Assembly: GCA_963797095.1 (NCBI GenBank)
Contig: CAWCNY010000003.1
Span: 960,001 to 1,024,000 of the forward strand
DNA length: 64,000 bases
Direction of reading: 5' to 3'
Source: an uncultured Chloroflexia bacterium
Lineage (GTDB): Bacteria; Chloroflexota; Chloroflexia; QHBQ01; JADMIH01
Part shown: piece by piece, positions 1-7,963 of the stretch
How the letters are laid out: every line of letters begins with the position of its first letter
How positions within the stretch are numbered: position 1 is the first letter of the stretch
Notes under the pieces: model-generated
The model's database searches: none
What the model was told of the DNA's origin: nothing
Seen by the model: only the letters and a program-made list of their open reading frames with translations
Translations under genes and position numbers: made by a program

Positions 1-1
1 T

Positions 2-226
2 GATATCTCCATAGTAGGCTTCGACGATATAGACCTGGCCTCCCAGGTCCGCCCCTCGCTGACCTCGGTGGCGCTCCCAAGAAGGGAGCTGGCAGTAAAG
101 GCGGTTGAGTTGCTGATCCGGCAGATCGAACATGCAGACCAGAAGATGCTTCCACAGAACCTGGTGCTTACTCCCAGAATTGTCGCCCGCCAGTCAACAG
201 CGCCGCCACTGGCCAGTAGCGAGTAG
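2..226 (+). CDS. LacI-family transcriptional regulator, C-terminal fragment (truncated by window edge)
   Basis: Frame +2 reads DISIVGFDDIDLASQVRPSLTSVALP...LVLTPRIVARQST then TAG at 224-226; GFDD, PxLT(S/T)V and (L/I)VxRxST are typical LacI effector-domain C-terminal motifs. Confidence 0.85.
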   Translation, partial: DISIVGFDDIDLASQVRPSLTSVALPRRELAVKAVELLIRQIEHADQKMLPQNLVLTPRIVARQSTAPPLASSE

Positions 227-346
227 CACGTAGTGCTCCCTGCGCAAGCAGCGAGTGGTGAGTGGCGAGTGGCGTGCGATGGCATTTGTTTAGCGGGCGC
301 AATGTGACAGCGCCTGACGCTATATCGCTCACTTCAGGAGAAAGCA

Positions 347-2416
347 ATGCAGCCATTCACTATGGATTTGAGAAGAAGCGACCAATCGAGGATTGACCTT
401 TCCTACCTGTCGGAAGCGCCCGCTGGAAGAGACGGATTCGTTACGATCAAGGGCGGACACCTGGCGAAGCCTGACGGGGGGCGGCTGCGCCTCTGGGGCG
501 TAAATGTGACCGACTGGAGCCCAGGCTCGGTTACTATTCCCTCCAAAGAGGACGCGCCCGTGTACGCGGCTATCCTGGCCCGGTTCGGCTTCAACTGCGT
601 TCGCCTGCACTTTCTCGACCTCGATGCTCCACGCGGTCTAGTAGATAGCTCTCGCGACGACTCCCAGCACCTGGACCCGGCGCAGCTGGACAGGCTCGAT
701 AATTGGATAGCCGCGCTCAAGGAGCATGGTATATATTGCGACCTCAATCTGGTGGTCGGCAGGTCGTACAAGGCCGGGGATGCCGTGCAAGACCATGACC
801 GGATCGGCTGGGCCAAAGCTCTTACTTACTTTGACCCCAGGCTGATCGAGCTGCAAAAATCGTATGCCGAGCAGATCTTGACTCATTACAATCCATACAC
901 ACAGGCCGAATACCGGCACGACCCTGCAATCGCCATTATTGAACTGGTGAACGAGAACTCGCTCGTTGAGGCGTGGCACTATGGCAGCCTGCGCTCTGCC
1001 AAGAGTAAAGGGTCAGGGGAGAATGTGCAACCGCTACCAGCGTACTACACTCTTATGCTCGACGATATGTACCAGCAATATCTCCGGCAATCAGGGTCTG
1101 ACAGGCTAGCCCAACTCCGTGAGGTTGCAGGGATAGAGGGTACAGATCCTGTACCTCGGCTCAACCCGGAGGAATTCGAGGCCGCGCCTGCTGGACGATT
1201 CCAGACGGAAACCGCTTTCTACATGGAGATAGAGCGCAGCTTCTTCAGCGATATGAAGTCTTTTCTGAGAGAGAAGCTTGGAGTGGGGCAATTGCTGCTC
1301 GGCAGCAACGACCACATGTACGGCCAGAGCGGCTACCCGATGGTATGGAGCAATTCGGTGCTGGACATCATAGACGGGCACATGTACTGGCAGCACCCCG
1401 CGCATGCCTCCGGGCAGAACACACCAATGGTGAACGACCCACTCCATTCAATGATAGTGCGACTTTCGCGCACGGCACTCGCGGGCATGCCTTTCACGGT
1501 CAGCGAGGTGAACCATATTTTCCCCGGCGATTGGATCAGCGAGGGGATACCGGTGTTGGCGGCTTACGCGAGCCTCCAGGACTGGGACGCTGTTATCTGG
1601 TACACTTTTGAGCCGAAGCAGAACCCCGAATGGAAAGTTTATGTGGGCGACACCTTTGATCTCTCGCTGGACCCGGTTAGGATGCCGCAACTGGCGGCGG
1701 GTGCGCTGGCATTCCGGCGGGGCGACGTGAAAGAAGCAAGCACGACTATAAAGCGAACTTACACGCTTGAGCAAGTCCGCGAGAGCTTGCGCATGTCGCC
1801 GGGCGAGAGACCGTACTACACTCCGGGCTTGCCACTTTCCCTGGCCCTGCAACATAAGATGCGCGTAGGCTCGCTTGAGGGGCCGCCAACTGAAGCGATC
1901 AGCACGCGAGATGCGAACCCTATTGTTTCGGATACCGGGGAGTTAGCGTGGTACACGTCACCAGAAGGGGACGGGTTGGTTACAGTAGATACCCCTCGCT
2001 CGCAAGCTCTGATTGGATCCCTGGGGGCGAACAATAGGTCGGTGAGCAATCTTTCGGCTGATGTGACGAACCGGTTTTGCGCGATTACGCTGAGCGCACT
2101 GGATGCGAAACCAATTGCCCATGCCGGTAGGTTGCTGCTAACCACCGGCGCGCGCGTAGAGAACACGGGGCAGGAGTGGAACGAAACAAGAAGCGAGATA
2201 ACCGAGTTCGGTGGGCCACCTTCCCTGGTCGAACCTGTCAGTGGTCGCATAACGCTGACACACCTGCAAGGCGCGACCTCGGTGCATGTGGATGCGCTCG
2301 ACGGGGCGGGCCGGGCCATTGGCGAAGCGCTCCCGGCTCAGAACACAAGCGATGGGTGGGTGATCCAGGTAGGAAACCCGGTCACGACATGGTATGAAAT
2401 CACAGTTGAGCGATAG
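347..2416 (+). CDS. Glycoside hydrolase, clan GH-A (GH5-like), with C-terminal beta-sandwich-like extension
   Basis: GFNCVRLH, ELVNEN (acid/base), DGHMYW and PFTVSEVN (nucleophile) motifs; RBS AGGAG upstream; no signal peptide evident. Confidence 0.75.
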   Translation: MQPFTMDLRRSDQSRIDLSYLSEAPAGRDGFVTIKGGHLAKPDGGRLRLWGVNVTDWSPGSVTIPSKEDAPVYAAILARFGFNCVRLHFLDLDAPRGLVDSSRDDSQHLDPAQLDRLDNWIAALKEHGIYCDLNLVVGRSYKAGDAVQDHDRIGWAKALTYFDPRLIELQKSYAEQILTHYNPYTQAEYRHDPAIAIIELVNENSLVEAWHYGSLRSAKSKGSGENVQPLPAYYTLMLDDMYQQYLRQSGSDRLAQLREVAGIEGTDPVPRLNPEEFEAAPAGRFQTETAFYMEIERSFFSDMKSFLREKLGVGQLLLGSNDHMYGQSGYPMVWSNSVLDIIDGHMYWQHPAHASGQNTPMVNDPLHSMIVRLSRTALAGMPFTVSEVNHIFPGDWISEGIPVLAAYASLQDWDAVIWYTFEPKQNPEWKVYVGDTFDLSLDPVRMPQLAAGALAFRRGDVKEASTTIKRTYTLEQVRESLRMSPGERPYYTPGLPLSLALQHKMRVGSLEGPPTEAISTRDANPIVSDTGELAWYTSPEGDGLVTVDTPRSQALIGSLGANNRSVSNLSADVTNRFCAITLSALDAKPIAHAGRLLLTTGARVENTGQEWNETRSEITEFGGPPSLVEPVSGRITLTHLQGATSVHVDALDGAGRAIGEALPAQNTSDGWVIQVGNPVTTWYEITVER

Positions 2417-2466
2417 AGATAGCAGGGGCCAACACGAGCAGGCGGATCTCTTATGCGAAACTCAAC

Positions 2467-4524
2467 TCACGCCCCGCTCGCGGCCAACTCCTCCAGGTCC
2501 TTGCCGCTGGGCGAAAACTGCTTGGGCGTCAGGTCGGGCGCGGCGGGCTGCGGGCCGAGGATCTTAGCCAGCCCATCTGAATAGACCGTCTCAGAGCGCA
2601 ACAGCGCCTCAGCCACCTGGTCCAACTGGGCTCGCGACGCTGTGAGAATATCGCGGGCGCGCTTATGAGCCTCATCGAGGAAGCGCTGCACGTCCTGGTC
2701 GATCATGGCAGCAGTCGCCTCGCTGTATGGCCGCCCCCGAAGTCCATCATAGCCACCCTGCTGGTCGTCGCTGTCCACGGAAGCCAGCCCGATCGTGCCC
2801 ATGCCCCACTGGGTGACCATCTGCCTCGCCAGGCGAGTGGCCTGGGTCAAATCGCTCTCCGCGCCGGTTGTGATATCACCGAAGACTATTTCCTCGGCTG
2901 TGCGTCCTCCCACCATGATCGCCAATCGAGCGGTGAGATAGGAGAGGCTGTAGCTGTAGCGGTCCTCGCCGGGCACCTGCTCGGTGACACCGAGGGCGCG
3001 GCCACGCGGGATGATGGTCACTTTGTCTACCGGGTCGGCTCCAGGCGAGCGCCAGGCCACCACCGTGTGGCCGCCCTCGTGGTAGGCTGTGATGCGGCGT
3101 TCCTGCTCGGACAGGGCGAGCGGCCTCACGCCGCCCAGCCGCACCTTGTCGAGCGCCTCTATGAAGTCGGCCAGCGTTACCTGGCCGGCATCGCGACCGG
3201 CGGCGTTGAGGGCAGCCTCGTTGCACAGGTTCTCGATGTCCGCGCCGCTGAAGCCGGTGGTCATACCAGCCAGGTCCGAGAGGTTGACGTCGGGGGCGAG
3301 GGGCAAGTCGCGGCTGTGGATAGCGAAGATGCCCTCGCGGCCTTTGCGCTCCGGCAGGGGCACTTCTACCTGACGGTCGAAGCGACCGGGGCGCAGCAAG
3401 GCAGGGTCGAGCACGTCGGGCCTGTTGGTGGCTGCCAGCACGATCACCTCCTGCCGCTCGTCGAAGCCGTCCATCTCCACAAGTAGCTGGTTGAGAGTCT
3501 GCTCGCGTTCGTCGTTTTGACCGAAAGTGTTGGAGCCTCGGCGGCGAGCCACCGCATCCAGCTCGTCTATGAAGATGATGGAGGGGGCTGCCTGTTTGGC
3601 TTGAGAGAAGAGGTCGCGCACCCGGCTTGCGCCCACGCCAACGAACAACTGCACGAACTCCGACCCGCTGATGCTGAAAAAGGGCACGCCGGCTTCGCCC
3701 GCGACCGCGCGGGCCAGCAGCGTCTTGCCTGTGCCGGGAGGGCCGACGAGGAGCGTGCCACGCGGTATGTGCGCACCCACCCTACGGTACTTTTCGGAGT
3801 TACGCAGGAACTCAACCTCCTCCGATAGAGCGGCTTTGGCCTCATCGGCACCGGCCACGTCCTTGAAGGTGGTGGCCGGACGATCCTGCGCATAGCGACG
3901 CGCCTGGCTGCGGCCAAAGTTGAAGATACCCGCCTGGCTGTTCATAGCCTGGCGTCCCATCCAGACCAGCAGACCGAGCAGCAGCAAGAATGGGAAAGCG
4001 TCACTCAGGAGCACGAGAAACCAGGGTGTGGACGGTGAAGAGACATTCACGACGACGTTATGCGAGATGAGCAGCGGCATGAGCGTTGCGTCGCCCACCG
4101 TATCAGGGAAGGTTGTTTCAAAATTGGTGTAGAGGGTTGCAGCGCCGGAGGCAGGGGTGGTTTGGGTGGATGGCTCAGGCGTGCCCGCACCCGGCGTGCC
4201 TGGGAGCGCGCTGCCCGCAATAGCCTGCACAAAGGTGCCGCTTATGTCTGCTCCCTGGATGCTCACTTGCTGGACATTGCCTGACTGCACCTGCGCCAGG
4301 AAGGTGCTGTATGGGATCTCGATGGAGGAGGCCTGGCCCTGAGGCAGGAAGAGGATAATGTTCCAGATCACCAGCGCCGCAAGCAGCGCCCAGTTGATCC
4401 AGTTGCGAAGCGGCGAGCGAGGCGGTTGCTGTTGTCCTTGCGGTTGCTGTGGAGATTGCTGCTGTCTCTGAGGCTGCGATTGCGGCTGGCCTGATGGCTG
4501 TTGCGGATTTTGTTTGGTGTCCAT
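2467..4524 (-). CDS. ftsH: ATP-dependent zinc metalloprotease FtsH
   Basis: Two TM segments, Walker A GPPGTGKT, Walker [31 protein letters not shown], zinc motif HEGGH. Confidence 0.97.
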   Translation of the reverse strand: MDTKQNPQQPSGQPQSQPQRQQQSPQQPQGQQQPPRSPLRNWINWALLAALVIWNIILFLPQGQASSIEIPYSTFLAQVQSGNVQQVSIQGADISGTFVQAIAGSALPGTPGAGTPEPSTQTTPASGAATLYTNFETTFPDTVGDATLMPLLISHNVVVNVSSPSTPWFLVLLSDAFPFLLLLGLLVWMGRQAMNSQAGIFNFGRSQARRYAQDRPATTFKDVAGADEAKAALSEEVEFLRNSEKYRRVGAHIPRGTLLVGPPGTGKTLLARAVAGEAGVPFFSISGSEFVQLFVGVGASRVRDLFSQAKQAAPSIIFIDELDAVARRRGSNTFGQNDEREQTLNQLLVEMDGFDERQEVIVLAATNRPDVLDPALLRPGRFDRQVEVPLPERKGREGIFAIHSRDLPLAPDVNLSDLAGMTTGFSGADIENLCNEAALNAAGRDAGQVTLADFIEALDKVRLGGVRPLALSEQERRITAYHEGGHTVVAWRSPGADPVDKVTIIPRGRALGVTEQVPGEDRYSYSLSYLTARLAIMVGGRTAEEIVFGDITTGAESDLTQATRLARQMVTQWGMGTIGLASVDSDDQQGGYDGLRGRPYSEATAAMIDQDVQRFLDEAHKRARDILTASRAQLDQVAEALLRSETVYSDGLAKILGPQPAAPDLTPKQFSPSGKDLEELAASGA

Positions 4525-4686
4525 TATCTCTCCTCACCTGTTCAGCATACCTAAATCCCCTGGTTCCAGGGAAGGCATGAGAATATGGCCTGTTACAAGT
4601 GTGCAGGATATGAACGGAGGTGCGGAGCGTATTCTCCGCTGATTTTACCACACTACTCCCTGCACAGATAGATCCAGGCTGCTACA

Positions 4687-4864
4687 TAAGTGTTCAGACC
4701 TAGGGTGGAGGGATCCAGCTTAAGAGTAAACCAAGACCCACCCCCAGCCCCTCCCACACGCGGGAGGGGAGAAGTAAATAGTGAGGAGAGATTGGGGGAC
4801 ACCCCCAAGGTACCCGGCAGGGGGGCGCCCCTGCACCCCCGTTACCCCTAATCTGAACGGCTTA
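4687..4864. mobile_element. MITE/REP-like non-coding element
   Basis: Imperfect terminal inverted repeats (TAAGTGTTCAGACCTAGGGT ... ACCCCTAATCTGAACGGCTTA) enclosing three GC hairpins (4748-4769, 4792-4808, 4817-4834). Confidence 0.55.
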
Positions 4865-4949
4865 CGGGCTGCTCTTCTCCTGCCCTCGGTGCCGGCACCA
4901 GGGGGCGAGAAGACGTATCCGGTAGTCTTCCAGAGTGTGAACCACCCGC

Positions 4950-5879
4950 CTAAAGGCGGGGGCTTCTGCAGGCGACTTGCACCGCCTGTTGGCTAGTTCC
5001 TAGCCAAAGATTGAGGATGTTTATGGCAGCATTATGGTCTGTATCAAGAGAACAGCCACACTCGCAGGAGTGCCAACGCTCGGACAACTCTTTCTTCTTG
5101 ATAGTGCCACAGGAGCTACACACTTGGCTGGTGTAACGAGGGTCAACAAGCACAACGTTCCTCCCGGCACTTTCAGCCTTGAAGGTGACGAATTGTACGC
5201 ACTGACTCCAACCAGCATCCGATATGGACAAGGCAAGGCTATGATTGCGAACCATGCTACGGGGTTACAACTGCTCAAAGACAATAGTGCCGTACTCATT
5301 CATCAGGCGGCGAGACTGCTTATGCAGGAAGTCCGCTCGCTGGTTGTGGATACGTCTGTGTATTTGAGCAACTGCCTTTTTCGCCTTGTTCCTACGGTGC
5401 CGCCACCCTTACGACGGGAAAGCGTCTGTTGAGCCGTGGCGAGCTTGTGCAGGGATTTACGCAAGCACCGTGGATCCTCAATTCGCTGTCCGTCAGAGAG
5501 GGTTGCGAACGTGGCAAGTCCGAGGTCTATGCCAACCGCCTTGTCCGAGTAGGGCAGGGTAACCTCTACAACTTCAACAGAGAAGCAAACGTACCAGTGC
5601 CCACCTTCTCGCTTGATAGAAACCATCTTGACCCTACCATGCATAGCCCGGTGCATCCTGACCTTGACGGTTCCTATCTTGGACAGTCCTATCTTGGACA
5701 GAGTGAGCCTGTCGTTTTGGAGCGACCAACCCAACTGAGGGAAGGTGAACGAGTCGTACCAGCCAGCGCCTTTGAAGCGTGGATAGCCCGGCGTTTCCCC
5801 CGACTTCACCATACGAAAGAAGACGCTCACTCTGCTTACAAGTAGGGTACGACCGGCACTTGATCGTGCGTCTAGACAT
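4950..5879 (-). pseudogene. tnpB: TnpB RNA-guided endonuclease, pseudogene
   Basis: Fragments in different frames: MSRRTIKCRSYPTCKQ / FFRMVKSGETPGYPRFK...GIDLG / HRRNKAKKAVAQIHRRIHNQRADFLHK...VFEQL* / TSQVCSSCG...CECG...DTDHNAAINI; apparent N-terminal deletion ~5830, 15-bp duplication 5672-5701, frameshift ~5400, TAA at 5265-5267. Confidence 0.9.
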
Positions 5880-6285
5880 GCTTTTGGTTTTCTATGTACT
5901 GCTTTATTACGGCGAGTGGTGCGCCCCCGACCGTGCTTACAAAGTAGGCGTTGGTCCAAAGCGAGGGCAATCGTTTCTTCAACTGCGGAAACTCTTTCCG
6001 AAGCAAGTATGAGGAACGCCTCTTACACAACTTTATCAGGCGGTGTATGCCGAATTGTGGGTCACACTCAACAAGCAGGTGAATATGGTCGGGCATTACC
6101 TGTAGCTCAAGTATCTCGGACTCTCGTTCCTCACATACTTGCCGGAGGATGTCTTTCAGCCGTTCGGCTACGTCATCCACCAGCACCTTACGGCGGTATT
6201 TCGGGCACCACACAACGTGGTACTTGCAGGAGTACACCAGGTTGTTGTTGGACTTGAAACCCTTCACAGGAACATTATATAGCAA
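5872..6285 (-). CDS. tnpA: IS200/IS605 Y1 transposase TnpA
   Basis: YHVVWCPKYRR, HUH motif DHIHLL, LW..YFVSTVG and catalytic YIENQ. Confidence 0.95.
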   Translation of the reverse strand: MLYNVPVKGFKSNNNLVYSCKYHVVWCPKYRRKVLVDDVAERLKDILRQVCEERESEILELQVMPDHIHLLVECDPQFGIHRLIKLCKRRSSYLLRKEFPQLKKRLPSLWTNAYFVSTVGGAPLAVIKQYIENQKHV

Positions 6286-6538
6286 AGAGCTATCTAATGC
6301 AAGACTCTGACCGGACTTGTGGCAAACTCGCAGCTAACCTACTGCGTAGGGGCGGCTGTATCCCCAGCCCTATAGGGCGGCGTCTTAGCCGCCATGCGAT
6401 TCGATAATGGTGGGGGCGCGGCAAGTCAGCGGCCATCAAGTGCCACTTCATTTCCCATCACTTCGCATGTTGCTAAACGCAGGGGAAATGGCACCAGGCA
6501 GCGAATTCGTTCGTGGGAGACGAACGGGATAGCCTCTT

Positions 6539-7840
6539 CTATTTCACCAGCAGCCTTTCTGGCAGATAATCTTTGTGGGCGGCAGCCATCTCGTCGTAGA
6601 TGGTCTCGGCCTTCGAAAGAGAGAAGCAGAGGGGGTTGCTAGCGAGGGCGCGGATGCCATCTCGGCGGGTACCGGACCAGGCGGCTTCGGCGGTGAGCGC
6701 CTGGTATTCACCGAGCATCCTGGTCAGGCCGACTACGTGCGCCGGCATGTGGCCTTCGGTGAGGGGCACCACGCCGTTACGGTCCACATATCCCTCCACC
6801 TCCACAACCAGATTATCCGGGAAATCGGTTATGGCCCCACGATTGGGCACGTTGACGGGCCATACCTCTTTGCGGTCGTTGAAGACGGCGTCCATAACAT
6901 CGATTGCAAGCTCCAATTCGTTGATACCGCCGCGCGAGCGGCGAGGGTCGAGCACGGGCACGTCGGAGGCGGCTTGCTCGCGGTAGTGCTGCCAGTAATC
7001 GGGGACCTGGGCCATGATGTCCTGGGCGCGGGTGGTCGGCTTGGCCTGTAGCTCCGCCAGTATCTCCTCTTTGTAATAATAGTAAAGATAGTAATCGGCC
7101 GGGATCGCGCCCATCATAGAGGTAAGCTCAAGCCAGCGCAGCTCATGTTTGCTTGTATCAGGCTGGCGCTTTCGATGCTCGTAAGCGCTTTGTATGAAGG
7201 GCATCATGTCCGCGCCGTCGTACAGGTGGCGCACCGTCCACGAGTTGTGATTGAGGCCGATCATGGCCGCGTCTACCTTGTCGGGATCGAGACCCGCAAG
7301 GCGCGCCATCCATCTCGGGTAGACTATAGGGCCTTCGCAAAGGGAGATGGTGGGGATATATGTGTGGTGAGTGACCGCCTCGGCTACGATGTTGACGGGG
7401 TTGGTGTAGTTGAACAGGATGGCGCGAGGGCAGACGGCCTCCATGTGGGCCACGATATTTTGCATGACGTGGATGGAGCGGAGCGCCATGAAGAAGCCGC
7501 CTGGGCCCTGAGTCTCCTGGCCGATGATGCCATGTTTGAGCGGTATGCTCTCATCGAGGTAGCGGGCCTCGAAGCCTCCCGGCCGAAAGCTCGTCAGCAC
7601 TGCGTCGCAGTCTTGCAGGCCGGCCCGGCGGTCGGTGGTGGTGGTTATGGTGAGGTCAAGCCCCCTGGCGCGCGCCATCTTACCGGCCAGCGTCTTCACA
7701 AGGCCAAGCCGCTCGGCGTTAAGGTCGATCAGCACGACCTCCGAGCCGTTGAAGTTCTCGCCCTGCTGGACGAACGAAGCCATAGTGCCGGGCGCTCGCG
7801 TGCTGCCCCCGCCTATATACGCCATTTTGATTCTTGCCAC
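6539..7840 (-). CDS. Family 4 glycosyl hydrolase (NAD+/Mn2+-dependent; 6-phospho-beta-glucosidase-like)
   Basis: IGGGST NAD-binding, GQETQGPGG, NYTNP, Cys motif CEGP, GLNH, NVPNRG, VEV. Confidence 0.9.
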   Translation of the reverse strand: MARIKMAYIGGGSTRAPGTMASFVQQGENFNGSEVVLIDLNAERLGLVKTLAGKMARARGLDLTITTTTDRRAGLQDCDAVLTSFRPGGFEARYLDESIPLKHGIIGQETQGPGGFFMALRSIHVMQNIVAHMEAVCPRAILFNYTNPVNIVAEAVTHHTYIPTISLCEGPIVYPRWMARLAGLDPDKVDAAMIGLNHNSWTVRHLYDGADMMPFIQSAYEHRKRQPDTSKHELRWLELTSMMGAIPADYYLYYYYKEEILAELQAKPTTRAQDIMAQVPDYWQHYREQAASDVPVLDPRRSRGGINELELAIDVMDAVFNDRKEVWPVNVPNRGAITDFPDNLVVEVEGYVDRNGVVPLTEGHMPAHVVGLTRMLGEYQALTAEAAWSGTRRDGIRALASNPLCFSLSKAETIYDEMAAAHKDYLPERLLVK

Positions 7841-7963
7841 GTTGCCTCCGGTTGTGTTTTTCTCCGCAGGAGATTATACACCGGATCGCTATGTCTGGCA
7901 GGGCGAAAGGGAATCCACCGGGCAACCCAGTCTCATTGCTGCTGCGCCACGAGGGCTCTTAGT

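Larger units (their letters stand above)
4937..6403 (-). mobile_element. IS200/IS605-family insertion sequence (tnpA + tnpB)
   Basis: tnpA and tnpB in tandem; right-end hairpin GAAGCCCCCGCCTTTAGGCGGGTGG followed by TTCAC (minus strand, ends ~4937); left-end hairpin GGCGGCTAAGACGCCGCCCTATAGGGCTGGGGATACAGCCGCC (~6350-6393); left boundary approximate. Confidence 0.85.

Noticed and set aside
280-335. LacI operator upstream of the GH-A gene
   Set aside because: Only weak partial matches (TGTGACAGCG, ATCGCTCAC); no convincing palindrome
4420-4524. Gln/Pro-rich FtsH N-terminus as a special domain
   Set aside because: Low-complexity cytoplasmic tail with no further supporting signal
4950-5879. tnpB as a domesticated nuclease-dead regulator (TldR-like) or programmed-frameshift gene
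   Set aside because: RuvC acidic residues are retained while the frame is broken by several independent lesions, and it sits in an IS with tnpA; ordinary decay fits better
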